From a virus, in IMG/VR virus record IMGVR_UViG_3300032204_000004: 46,966 nt of DNA; one strand, given 5' to 3'. The notes below the pieces were generated by a model that did no database searches, was not told where the DNA came from, and saw nothing but the letters and a program-made list of their open reading frames with translations. Shown here in pieces: positions 26,432 to 34,737 of the stretch (the first letter of the stretch is position 1; each line of letters begins with the position of its first letter). A program made the position numbers and the translations under genes.

Positions 26432-27348
26432 CTGTCCTCCGGAGCTAGCTTGATAAAGTCCGCCTCAAGGAACCGTTCGCGAACAGATGGGTCTTTGGAG
26501 CAGACGCCACGAAAACGACAGCCACCAAACTTGTCACAAGCGGTGTCGTTCATTGGCCAATATCCCACTGTAGCATAGTTCTCAGCGGATGTCAACCAGA
26601 ACTTGAGATCGTCGAGCCATTCGTGTGTTTGGGCAGGTGTGCGGAAGGTGAAGCCTCGGACGTAGTTGTTGGGCTTTTCGAGCAGGACTTGCGCGGCGTC
26701 GATTACGACACCTTTGACTACAGTGTTGAGAACGATCTGGCCCGCGAGGGTGTAGAGGGACATTTGGTTGTTTGGACTATACTGGTCGAAGTAGTATGAT
26801 CCAGGCGTGGTTGTGGTCGTCTTGCGATCCATGACGAGGGTTTCGCCATTGAAGTCAACCACACGGTCGAGATGGCCGCTTAGGAGGAATGGTTGGTTGG
26901 TTCCGCTTTGAGGTCCAAATGGAAGTTCAAAACGGAAGCTCACCTCAGTCGCGGCCTTCCCACTCTCCAACACCTTTGTCTGTGCGGGGTCGTCCTTATA
27001 CCGATCGAGATAATCAATCACCAATGAAAGAAGGGTCCGTGGGTTTTTATACGCACCAGCGCGGCTAGTAATATCAGGGTCCCAATCGTGGATACGAATA
27101 AGAAGGTCTCGAACCGCGTCCAATAGCGCGTCATCATGCTTTTTGCCAGCCAATTTGTGAGCATCGTATTCCTCAAGGGCTTTGTGATATTCAATCCCGA
27201 AACGGAGGTGAACGGAGTCGTCCTTTGGAGCCCAGCCTTCGATCATTATATAGTAATACAGTTTTGGGCACGTCTTGAGATAGCCCAAGCTGGTACTATC
27301 AAAAGCGTATTGTATATTAGTTCCCGGAAGAAATGGTGAAATTACCAC
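26407..27348 (-). CDS. Cas4-like PD-(D/E)XK exonuclease with 4-Cys cluster
   Basis: LKTCP (first Cys), HLDRV, LVMDRKT (DxK), QMSLYT (QxxxY), CDKFGGCRFRGVC. The start is uncertain: GTG 27348 matches the duplicated native N-terminus, and the track gives GTG 27429. Confidence 0.75.
   Translation of the reverse strand: MVISPFLPGTNIQYAFDSTSLGYLKTCPKLYYYIMIEGWAPKDDSVHLRFGIEYHKALEEYDAHKLAGKKHDDALLDAVRDLLIRIHDWDPDITSRAGAYKNPRTLLSLVIDYLDRYKDDPAQTKVLESGKAATEVSFRFELPFGPQSGTNQPFLLSGHLDRVVDFNGETLVMDRKTTTTTPGSYYFDQYSPNNQMSLYTLAGQIVLNTVVKGVVIDAAQVLLEKPNNYVRGFTFRTPAQTHEWLDDLKFWLTSAENYATVGYWPMNDTACDKFGGCRFRGVCSKDPSVRERFLEADFIKLAPEDRWNPLRPR
26567..26595 (-). promoter_or_regulatory. candidate internal sigma70-type promoter
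   Basis: Minus strand TTGACA-17 nt-TACAGT, located inside the exonuclease gene. Confidence 0.3.
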
Positions 27349-27796
27349 CGAGGTAACTTGATCCTTTTTCGCTGATATAATTCCAGACTGTGTTTCCAGA
27401 GAGATGGAGTCTTTTGGCGATTTCGTCACGGCTTAATCCTTGTTCATATAATGGTTTAATTCGTTTCCAAGTCTCTTGCCTTCGCCTTTCACCAACCAAA
27501 GGATCGTCTATTTTTCGTCCTTTAGATATCATGTCATTTGTATTATCTTGAGCAGTTCCTAAGAATAAATGATTGACATTTATACAAGCTCTATTATCAC
27601 ATTTATGTAGTACCATTTGATTTTGATCGTGTTCTGGATTTGATGCAAAATATACTATTCGATGCGCACGTTGTTTTACCTCACGACCAAAACTAATTGG
27701 GATATATCCTTTGGCATTTGGCCTCAGATGACTTACGAGACAGCCGTTTATATTAATGGAATTAGCTACAAGCCAATCAGCCTTTTGCTTAACCCA
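27304..27796 (-). mobile_element. HNH homing-endonuclease cassette (HNH body plus recoded copy of the exonuclease 5' end)
   Basis: AT-rich block lying between the resident copy (27797..27844) and the recoded copy (27304..27348) of the same peptide. Confidence 0.6.
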
Positions 27797-27844
27797 TGCG
27801 TATTGGATGTTGGTGTTGAGGAGGAACGGGGAAAGGACGGTCAT
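27317..27844 (-). CDS. HNH (HNH_3-type) homing endonuclease fused to the first 16 codons of the exonuclease gene; C-terminal HTH
   Basis: GGAGG lies 5 nt upstream of ATG 27844. HNH motif: AHRIVY...LHKCDNRACINVNHLFLGTAQDN. HTH: LSRDEIAKRLHLSGNTVWNYI. Confidence 0.8.
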   Translation of the reverse strand: MTVLSPFLLNTNIQYAWVKQKADWLVANSININGCLVSHLRPNAKGYIPISFGREVKQRAHRIVYFASNPEHDQNQMVLHKCDNRACINVNHLFLGTAQDNTNDMISKGRKIDDPLVGERRRQETWKRIKPLYEQGLSRDEIAKRLHLSGNTVWNYISEKGSSYLGGNFTISSGN

Positions 27845-28062
27845 CAAATCCTCCGTTTTACATCTGGACCCGCGACCTTCAAGCCAAGGGCCGTCAAATC
27901 AAGCTTGGTCTTTGGCCCCGCATCCTTTTTCGCCTTACCACCATTTTCGCGATAGGCGCGCTGATTGCGGTAGTAGGCGATGACGACTTTGAGATCGAGA
28001 TCGGTCATGGAGAGTGGGTCTTTGGACATGACTGTGTCAATGTCGTTGGGTTCATCGGTCAT
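27844..28062 (-). CDS. hypothetical protein
   Basis: Track ORF trimmed to ATG 28062 (ATGA overlap with the upstream gene). 72 aa. Confidence 0.55.
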   Translation of the reverse strand: MTDEPNDIDTVMSKDPLSMTDLDLKVVIAYYRNQRAYRENGGKAKKDAGPKTKLDLTALGLKVAGPDVKRRI

Positions 28063-28280
28063 TCCGGAAGCTTCGTTGTTTTGCGGCACATAAACACGGT
28101 GTCTGGGATATTGGGGAGGAATATCATGACCTCGGCGAAATTGGGATTGTTGGCGACTTCGCGTGCTTTGTAGAGTTCGGACGAGAGGAGCTTTGGGTCG
28201 TTGGTTTCGATAGCGATGCCGACCTCTGACTCGAAGGCGCGCTCCCAGAGAGGGATGTAGATGTTTGGATTGCGGGCCAT
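28059..28280 (-). CDS. hypothetical protein
   Basis: GGAGGA RBS. TGATG coupling. 73 aa. Confidence 0.6.
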   Translation of the reverse strand: MARNPNIYIPLWERAFESEVGIAIETNDPKLLSSELYKAREVANNPNFAEVMIFLPNIPDTVFMCRKTTKLPE

Positions 28281-28612
28281 CAGTCCTCCAAATCGCTCAG
28301 GCTCTCGGCTTCGGCCAAGGGCGTGAATTTATTATACGGTTCAAGATAGGCGAACCATGTGCCATCATCGCCTTCTTTGATTGAGATCATCAGGATGTCG
28401 TAGGCCGATTTGGCATAGAGCGGATCGCCGGGTTTGTGGAGTTGTTTGTTATCAGAGCGATCCAGCTTCCGTGCCATATGAGCGCGGGTTCGCCAACGCT
28501 CGGCGTCGGATTTATAATCAAAGGGAAGGCGAATACCCTTTGGGTCCTCAAGGGCTTTTTGGAACGCCTCGATGATGTCTTGGTAGGCGAGTAGGGAGGT
28601 GGAGAGGCTCAT
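28280..28612 (-). CDS. hypothetical protein
   Basis: 110-aa ORF directly downstream of the helicase gene. Confidence 0.6.
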   Translation of the reverse strand: MSLSTSLLAYQDIIEAFQKALEDPKGIRLPFDYKSDAERWRTRAHMARKLDRSDNKQLHKPGDPLYAKSAYDILMISIKEGDDGTWFAYLEPYNKFTPLAEAESLSDLED

Positions 28613-28616
28613 GAGG

Positions 28617-30056
28617 TTATTCCCAATTTATAGTTTCAGACGCGATGTGGTAGAGTTGGTCGTGGCTGCGCGTTTCGATCACATAACGTAGGTTTTTGTC
28701 CTGACGGCTATCACCAATCACATGCGGGTCGAGGTGATAGACGATGGGGAATTCGAGACCCTTGGATTTGTGGCCCGTCATCAGTTGGATCGACCCTCGT
28801 TGGCGGAACAGATGCTCGGCGTAGCTTATTGCTTGGCCGAGGCTATCGCCATGTCGTGCGAGTACGCGCATGCACTCAGCCATGTCAGGAGCAGTCTTTG
28901 ATCCTTTGGCGAGTTTGATTGCAAGCCACTCGTCGATTGCCGCAAGGCTAGCCGCTTGTGATAAAGATTCATCACCGAGTTTGCGCATTGTAGATACGAG
29001 TCGGGGCCCGATTTCAGTACCGGCGACGGAAATGGAATGTCCCGCCGCGATGAGCTTGAAAGCGAGGGCAAAAAGAGGAGCGTTAAGACGACAGATGAAC
29101 ACAGCGTTAGGTTCAAAATCTGACGCATGATGGAAGTCTCGGTTTTCAACGGTGCCTCCGGGGTTGTGCCATTTAAAGTGCGGAACGTGCCACCAAGAGT
29201 TGCGAACGATTGCCTCTGGGCAGCGAAACGAGATGGACAGGTCCATTGGGGTCATGTTGTAAGAGGCTTCGGCTTCTTCCATGCCTCCAGCGCGGGCGCC
29301 TCGGAAGCCGTAGATATTTTGGTACGGATCGCCAACGCCGATTAGACGACGGTCGCCGACGAGCTTGCGGATCATTTCGTGATTGCAGGGGTTTAGGTCT
29401 TGGTACTCATCTACAAGGGTGAGCGGAAACTTAGTGTATGTTCCCCCGAACAATGCGGACATGTAAATTTGATCGTTGTAATCAATGAGTCCGGCGTAGG
29501 ATTGTTTAATACAAGATCGTAATACTCCGTCGATAAGGTCCGATACCAAGTCATCGGGTTCTTCATCCAAGTAGTTATGGAAGGTAGCTTTATTGATAAG
29601 CCGCGTCGCATTTGGATATACATCTTCGGGCACATAACCGAGTGAACGCGCGAGATCAACGCCGGTTTTGACTTGCTCGTACGAGTTCCAGATTTCCCTT
29701 GCCGCTTCGCCTTTAACCTCATCCGCGAACTCCTTGATGATGTTGTAGATTTTGCGCGTTTCGAGTTTGAGCCGTGGGCCGATTGCGGATTGCCAGATTT
29801 GATGGCCAAGGGCGTTGAAGGTTTTAACAGTTGTGGTGCCGAGCATCCGATCGCGGGCCTCGTCAGCGTTGCGTTTGTTAAAGACGAGGTAGCAAGCGGG
29901 GCGCTGTTTGGTGATCTTGTCGATTTGTTCCAAGGTGGAAGTTTTGCCGCACCCGGCCAAGGCGCGCAGCATTAGGTTGTTGGTGGTAGATTTGGCCTCG
30001 GTGAAGATGGCCGATTGTTCGGGAGTGAAGGAACGGTTTGAGTTCATGTTAGACAC
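28617..30056 (-). CDS. UvrD/Rep-type superfamily 1 DNA helicase
   Basis: ALAGCGKTST (motif I), LVDEYQDLNP (motif II), GDPYQNIYGFRGA (motif III), TGHKSKGLEFPIV (motif VI region). Confidence 0.85.
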   Translation of the reverse strand: MSNMNSNRSFTPEQSAIFTEAKSTTNNLMLRALAGCGKTSTLEQIDKITKQRPACYLVFNKRNADEARDRMLGTTTVKTFNALGHQIWQSAIGPRLKLETRKIYNIIKEFADEVKGEAAREIWNSYEQVKTGVDLARSLGYVPEDVYPNATRLINKATFHNYLDEEPDDLVSDLIDGVLRSCIKQSYAGLIDYNDQIYMSALFGGTYTKFPLTLVDEYQDLNPCNHEMIRKLVGDRRLIGVGDPYQNIYGFRGARAGGMEEAEASYNMTPMDLSISFRCPEAIVRNSWWHVPHFKWHNPGGTVENRDFHHASDFEPNAVFICRLNAPLFALAFKLIAAGHSISVAGTEIGPRLVSTMRKLGDESLSQAASLAAIDEWLAIKLAKGSKTAPDMAECMRVLARHGDSLGQAISYAEHLFRQRGSIQLMTGHKSKGLEFPIVYHLDPHVIGDSRQDKNLRYVIETRSHDQLYHIASETINWE

Positions 30057-30192
30057 CGATATATTTGAAACCGGCGTTAATTAGTAACGCGCCGATTACC
30101 GAAGCGATAAGACCTTTCCATAAAGGGATATCGTGTGATGCGCAAAATACACCACAGAAGATACCCCAAATACAGCTAGCGAATAATGTCAT
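30049..30192 (-). CDS. small hydrophobic membrane protein (47 aa)
   Basis: Track ORF 30049..30399 trimmed to ATG 30192, which follows GAAGGA. Lies directly downstream of a consensus promoter. Two hydrophobic segments. Confidence 0.5.
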   Translation of the reverse strand: MTLFASCIWGIFCGVFCASHDIPLWKGLIASVIGALLINAGFKYIGV

Positions 30193-30220
30193 GTGAACGA
30201 TCCTTCTCTGATTGTCCCTG

Positions 30221-30249
30221 ATTATAGCATAGAGGTTGGAGGTTGTCAA
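30221..30249 (-). promoter_or_regulatory. sigma70-type promoter, perfect consensus
   Basis: Minus strand TTGACA-acctccaacctctatgc(17)-TATAAT in the gap between genes. Confidence 0.7.
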
Positions 30250-30263
30250 GCTCGGTTTGTGGA

Positions 30264-30500
30264 TTAGTGAAGCTTGGCGCCTGTTGCAAGTTCGGTAACC
30301 TGTTTGACCATCCGCTCCAAAAGTTGACCGATGCCGATGAAACCGGTACCGATTAGTTCGTCGTCGTTGGCCTTGCGCAGGTGGCCGATGGTATAGCAAG
30401 CCTCAGCGGCATAGCGAAGGTGTTCGCATAGGCGGGAGTAGGTTGCGGCTTCATTGGCTTGACCGCCGACGGTTTCGTAGGTTGGGTAGTCTTTACTCAC
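30264..30500 (-). CDS. hypothetical protein
   Basis: GTG start 6 nt after GGAGAG. 78 aa. Confidence 0.55.
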   Translation of the reverse strand: MSKDYPTYETVGGQANEAATYSRLCEHLRYAAEACYTIGHLRKANDDELIGTGFIGIGQLLERMVKQVTELATGAKLH

Positions 30501-30501
30501 T

Positions 30502-30816
30502 TTAAACTCTCCGCGGGATTTGTGGAACTGTTGATTTATCTTGGTAGGTTGCGTTCAATTCTGGGAGAAGAATATCTCGAATTCGATTGCTTTCGTTAAC
30601 CTTCCGCGCCATTGTCTGTTCATGAAGCGCAGCGAAGAATGGACGCATACTTTCCCACGACATCATTTGGCCCATCTTAAAGATTTGGTCATCCATTTCG
30701 CGGATGGTCTTGACGAGGTAGGTGATTTGGTTTTCTTTTGCGAGAAGTTCGCGCTCGAGGTTTGTGATTTTGGTTTCGTGCTGGTGATTACGCCGTTTGG
30801 TGAAGAAGTTGAACAT
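30502..30816 (-). CDS. hypothetical coiled-coil protein
   Basis: GGAGAA RBS. 104 aa. Confidence 0.6.
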   Translation of the reverse strand: MFNFFTKRRNHQHETKITNLERELLAKENQITYLVKTIREMDDQIFKMGQMMSWESMRPFFAALHEQTMARKVNESNRIRDILLPELNATYQDKSTVPQIPRRV

Positions 30817-31254
30817 TTAGATTCTCCGTTTGAGTTCGCCGCTAAGGGCATGGTGTTTACGCTCAACCGTTATCCCGATTGATTGGAGAAGGTTGAGGCC
30901 AGAATTGCGTTCTGCCTTCCGCTCGATTGCCGATGGTGCAACGGTGATGGACCAGAAATCTTGGAGGTCTTTGGGCATGGGCTTTGCCCTATCGGTGACG
31001 AATACGAAATCGTCGGAGGATAGGAAGTAGCCCAATTCGCATAATGGGTAGTCCCAAAAAGGGTAGGCCCGATGCCCGGTGGAGGGAAGTATCCACCAAA
31101 CTTCGCCGTCTTGGTTCATCTGCTCGGCAATGTCGAAGGCGAGGGCTCCGCGGACCTTGTGTGCGATTAGGTAGAGGTTGGCTACCCCAGATGGATTTGA
31201 ACCATCGCTAGCAGAGTCAAAGTCTACTGTGCTATCCGCTACACTATGGGGCAT
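30817..31254 (-). CDS. hypothetical protein
   Basis: TAATG coupling. 145 aa. Confidence 0.6.
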   Translation of the reverse strand: MPHSVADSTVDFDSASDGSNPSGVANLYLIAHKVRGALAFDIAEQMNQDGEVWWILPSTGHRAYPFWDYPLCELGYFLSSDDFVFVTDRAKPMPKDLQDFWSITVAPSAIERKAERNSGLNLLQSIGITVERKHHALSGELKRRI

Positions 31255-31571
31255 TAGACAATCCTCATCTTACGCAGTATGGCAAGGGCGGAGGTTCGAT
31301 CCGCTTCATTGGATTTGAACGCGTAGCCCTTGACGGTTTTAACAATCGGGTTGGGAGTGATGGTGTAGTTTTTTGAAGCGGTGGGAAGTTCGTCGTAGCG
31401 GGTTTTTAGAACTGATAGGGTCTTTGAGAGGCCCCCTTCGTTGAGGGGATATTTGGTGATGTAGGGCTGGCCTCCGGATAGAGTTGGCATGGCGACGTAG
31501 ATATGTCGATCGTCGGACCAGCAGGTTACTGCGTGGGCGGGGATGAAGGTTGGGTCTAGGGAGGCGGTCAT
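31254..31571 (-). CDS. hypothetical protein
   Basis: AAGGA RBS. 105 aa. Confidence 0.6.
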   Translation of the reverse strand: MTASLDPTFIPAHAVTCWSDDRHIYVAMPTLSGGQPYITKYPLNEGGLSKTLSVLKTRYDELPTASKNYTITPNPIVKTVKGYAFKSNEADRTSALAILRKMRIV

Positions 31572-31636
31572 CGATCTATCCTTGCGACTTGAGTCTCTTC
31601 TGAACCAAATCTTCCTTCTGATGTCCCGCGTTGTGG

Positions 31637-31924
31637 TCAGTCATCGGGTGCCTCCAAATAATGGCTTTTGAAGAAGTCCGCGCGTAGTCGAAACGGCGGC
31701 CTGAGAGAAATCTCAATGGAAAAAAGATCGGGCTCTGTTGAATGCCGCCATTGTGGCAGCACGATCAGACCGAAGCTGCGATAGTGCGCAAAATGCCGCC
31801 AGTTGAATTTTCCATCGACTGTCTGCGGGAAAACCCAAATAGATGCGAAAGCTCCCGGCACAAATACTGCATCAGCCACAAGGACGGTAGCGACGATGAA
31901 AATTCCGCAAGCGGCCTCAATCAC
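31637..31924 (-). CDS. hypothetical membrane protein
   Basis: Track ORF trimmed to GTG 31924 (AAGGAG 8 nt upstream, GTGA overlap). N-terminal TM segment (ACGIFIVATVLVADAVFV). Confidence 0.5.
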   Translation of the reverse strand: MIEAACGIFIVATVLVADAVFVPGAFASIWVFPQTVDGKFNWRHFAHYRSFGLIVLPQWRHSTEPDLFSIEISLRPPFRLRADFFKSHYLEAPDD

Positions 31925-32133
31925 TTCCCCGTCTCCTTTGCGAGTGCGGCGCGGCCTTTGTCGGTGATGCGAACGGTTGGCCCGCAATCACTTTCGGTCA
32001 ACCGAACCAAGTTCAACTTCTCCAGTTTGTTGGCTGCCCTTTCTACAACTGGCGAGTAGGCACAATATGCCCAACCATGCTCACTTGCATCGCGTAGCAA
32101 GTTTTTCTGTTCAACTGTCAGTTTCTCACTCAT
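31921..32133 (-). CDS. hypothetical small protein, possibly winged-helix DNA-binding
   Basis: ATGA coupling. 70 aa. Confidence 0.5.
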   Translation of the reverse strand: MSEKLTVEQKNLLRDASEHGWAYCAYSPVVERAANKLEKLNLVRLTESDCGPTVRITDKGRAALAKETGK

Positions 32134-32366
32134 TCAGATTGAGCTCCGGGTTGAGGGGTGGCGAAGTAAACGTAGCGTTCAGGAAAAGCGTAATTGGCAG
32201 GGAGATACTGAGGCTCTAGGAATTCAAATTCATTATCTTGTGGCGCGAGCGTTCTGCTTTGGCGCAGGATTAAATCCGTTAGCACTTCAAGGCGAGACCA
32301 ACCTAACCAACACATCGCCGGTTGCATTGGTCCTCGTCCGATGCTAAATAGTCTTGTGACGTTCAC
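32130..32366 (-). CDS. hypothetical protein
   Basis: Track ORF trimmed to GTG 32366 (GGAGGGGGAG upstream, GTGA overlap). Confidence 0.45.
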   Translation of the reverse strand: MNVTRLFSIGRGPMQPAMCWLGWSRLEVLTDLILRQSRTLAPQDNEFEFLEPQYLPANYAFPERYVYFATPQPGAQSE

Positions 32367-32899
32367 GACTTCTCCCCCTCCTGTACGGGGGCGGAGCGGC
32401 CAGCGAACCATGGCGGCGACCAGATTTCTGGTTGCTGACTGTACGGCACCATAAGCGGGTGGCGTGGGTGTCCGTCCTTTGCTGTTCCCAAACACATCAA
32501 CGGAGAGCCGAGGTGCGCCACATCGGCCATCTTAACGATCTTCTTCCAACGATCACGCAACGCCTCTGGTAGCTTTGCTAATGGCCCCCACGCGACTAGC
32601 AGAACGTCAGCGACTATCATCACATCTTGAATGGCTTCGTCATTGGCGGGGCCGACAGGATCAGACACGCCACGCAACTCGCGCACATCGGTTGCTCGGT
32701 AGGCGAACTTATTTGCTATGAGCAGTTTTCCCCAACCGTTACGCTCCGCGAATCCCTTCAGTTTTCGGATTGTAGCGTCGTCGGTTTCGGCGTCAGCAGT
32801 AGATGGATTGACCATGATAATGCCGCAGGTCTTTCCCGCACCAATTTCACGTTCAAGCTCGTAGCGATATTTCCCGCAAACCGAAATGACGGCGCTCAT
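32363..32899 (-). CDS. DUF1643-family protein (UDG-superfamily-like fold)
   Basis: Track ORF trimmed to ATG 32899 (ATGA overlap). Motifs: YRYELER...IIMVNPSTAD...DATIRK...NKFAYRAT...LVAWG...HPRHPL. Confidence 0.55.
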   Translation of the reverse strand: MSAVISVCGKYRYELEREIGAGKTCGIIMVNPSTADAETDDATIRKLKGFAERNGWGKLLIANKFAYRATDVRELRGVSDPVGPANDEAIQDVMIVADVLLVAWGPLAKLPEALRDRWKKIVKMADVAHLGSPLMCLGTAKDGHPRHPLMVPYSQQPEIWSPPWFAGRSAPVQEGEKS

Positions 32900-33102
32900 C
32901 CTTCCGTCTCCTTCACGGCACAGGGTTGTTCGGTGGGGGCGGCGAGAAGATCCGGCCATGCACTATCCAACTCAAGAAGATATGTTTCATGATCGCGTTG
33001 ATGCCATTGCCCATCGCGAAGATTTCGATCACGGCGCTCCCGAAGTTGAGCAATCTCTGTGATCTTTTCCGCCAACCCTTCCTTTATGCTTATGTCTGTC
33101 AT
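32896..33102 (-). CDS. hypothetical small protein
   Basis: ATGA coupling at both ends. 68 aa. Confidence 0.55.
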   Translation of the reverse strand: MTDISIKEGLAEKITEIAQLRERRDRNLRDGQWHQRDHETYLLELDSAWPDLLAAPTEQPCAVKETEG

Positions 33103-33404
33103 GGTAGCTTCCTCTCTGCAATGCAGATGGTGTCGTTGTGAGCACCGCCTTCGCTGTCACGCGACATCCCGAAGGGATACAGCGGCCCTTCCTTTTCGCG
33201 CTTCTCCCAAAGCTGGTGAGCCTTCAACGCCTCGTACATATCCGGGGCGGCGGCGATGAGACGGGCATCTTCTTCCGACAGATGATCGGTGCCGACTCGC
33301 ATGCCATTCGCGGCGTAAACGATTGCGCTGTAGCCGGACGAAAGTTTGTGGACCTCGTAAGACCACGGCCCCAGCGTGAATCCTGTATGCTTTCTCTCAG
33401 CCAT
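33099..33404 (-). CDS. hypothetical protein
   Basis: TAATG coupling. 101 aa. Contains a DARLIAAAPDMYEAL motif seen in many small phage proteins. Confidence 0.6.
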   Translation of the reverse strand: MAERKHTGFTLGPWSYEVHKLSSGYSAIVYAANGMRVGTDHLSEEDARLIAAAPDMYEALKAHQLWEKREKEGPLYPFGMSRDSEGGAHNDTICIAERKLP

Positions 33405-33652
33405 TAGTGTGACTCCGCGGTTGGTTCGAGGAATTGTCCAGATTTGAAATCGTAGAACATTCCGCTATCAAGAAAGCCATCGCGGCCAAGAAGAATCGGG
33501 AGCATCTGGCGATGACGGCAGGTTGGGCGATGACCTGCGGGACAGGCGCAGGCTTCGTGGCTTGTGATATAGGAGGACTCGACTTCGAGATCGGAGGTGA
33601 ATTTGGTGATGCGGAAACCGTCAGCGTCGGAACGGAGGTTGTAGAGGGTCAT
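33404..33652 (-). CDS. SWIM-type zinc finger protein
   Basis: CACPAGHRPTCRH fits the SWIM pattern CxC-x(n)-CxH. Confidence 0.55.
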   Translation of the reverse strand: MTLYNLRSDADGFRITKFTSDLEVESSYITSHEACACPAGHRPTCRHRQMLPILLGRDGFLDSGMFYDFKSGQFLEPTAESH

Positions 33653-33981
33653 TCAGCAAAGTCCTTCTTAGGATCAAACCAATCGTCTTTAAGAATGTGA
33701 CCGATTGCTTGAATTGATGACATATCACCACGAACTCGAATTGTCTTACCGGGAACTTTATTCCACTCACCAACGTCAGCTATTTGCAACACGCGCCAGA
33801 TGAAATGGCCACAATAGTTCCTGCTTATTGGATTGGTCCAACCATGTGGATTGTATAAGCCATAACCTCCAAATCCTTGACCTGAGCCACCATAGTCAAG
33901 ATGAAGCCATGCAGTTAGTAGTCCATGATCTTCGTTTGTTAAGGAAACGGATTTGATTATTGCGTTTCGAACTTCGATCAT
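33649..33981 (-). CDS. hypothetical protein (AT-rich gene)
   Basis: 110-aa ORF. ATGA coupling at both ends. Confidence 0.6.
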   Translation of the reverse strand: MIEVRNAIIKSVSLTNEDHGLLTAWLHLDYGGSGQGFGGYGLYNPHGWTNPISRNYCGHFIWRVLQIADVGEWNKVPGKTIRVRGDMSSIQAIGHILKDDWFDPKKDFAE

Positions 33982-34151
33982 CGACCTTGTTCCTCTTGTT
34001 CTTTGGTATCAATTGGTTGGTAGTAGTTTTCATTGAGCCAAGTTTGGATTTGGTCACGCGACCATTCGCCATCGTCGGGGATTAGGTGCGTGACGTTGGC
34101 GCGTTGTGCTGGGGTTAGGCGATCCCACTCGGAAAGGAGAGCGTAGGGCAT
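33978..34151 (-). CDS. small ORF (57 aa) below the track threshold
   Basis: Hand translation: MPYALLSEWDRLTPAQRANVTHLIPDDGEWSRDQIQTWLNENYYQPIDTKEQEEQGR. Its ATG overlaps the upstream stop (TAATG) and its stop overlaps the downstream ATG (ATGA). It fills an otherwise empty gap. Confidence 0.55.
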   Translation of the reverse strand: MPYALLSEWDRLTPAQRANVTHLIPDDGEWSRDQIQTWLNENYYQPIDTKEQEEQGR

Positions 34152-34618
34152 TAGACCACCTCGCTTAGTTGTTTAGCAAGGTGTTGGCATTCTGAGACAA
34201 CATAGGATTGGTTGCGATAGATATCACCGGCAAGGCCATATCGTAGTGTATAATCACCAGCGTGAGCACAATCAAAACCAAACCAATGGTATTTGGATGG
34301 TTCACTCCAAGGAAGATCACCAGCCCAAGTAATACCGCCATGAACTTCGAGGGCGAGAGAAATGCGGACGGTATCTTGATCTTTATCTAAGGCATGGAGG
34401 AATAAATCAATTACACCAACGCCATCATTGAATTTGCGTTCGGCAAAACCTTTGGGGAGGGGAACCTTGTCGTCGTAGTGTTTGCCAAACCAAGGATGAG
34501 TTGAAGGGATACCAACGTATCCACACCAAGCACCAGAGCTACCACGAGCCATTCGGCAAGGTAAGCCCTCTGCTTCAAAAGATACCTCGTCGAGTTCATT
34601 AAGCCATTCGCTGATCAT
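34151..34618 (-). CDS. hypothetical protein
   Basis: GGAGAA RBS. First gene after a consensus promoter. 155 aa, with VHGGITW...WFGFDCAHAGD motifs. Confidence 0.65.
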   Translation of the reverse strand: MISEWLNELDEVSFEAEGLPCRMARGSSGAWCGYVGIPSTHPWFGKHYDDKVPLPKGFAERKFNDGVGVIDLFLHALDKDQDTVRISLALEVHGGITWAGDLPWSEPSKYHWFGFDCAHAGDYTLRYGLAGDIYRNQSYVVSECQHLAKQLSEVV

Positions 34619-34644
34619 TGAACGGTTCTCCAGTTTATGTAAGC

Positions 34645-34673
34645 ATTATAACATAGGTAGGGAGGAATGTCAA
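34645..34673 (-). promoter_or_regulatory. sigma70-type promoter, perfect consensus
   Basis: Minus strand TTGACA-ttcctccctacctatgt(17)-TATAAT in the intergenic gap. Confidence 0.7.
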
Positions 34674-34737
34674 GCCCCTGATTTGTTAGATTAGAGAGGT
34701 GGCCCCACACTGGGATGTATGGAACCACCTTTGAGCG

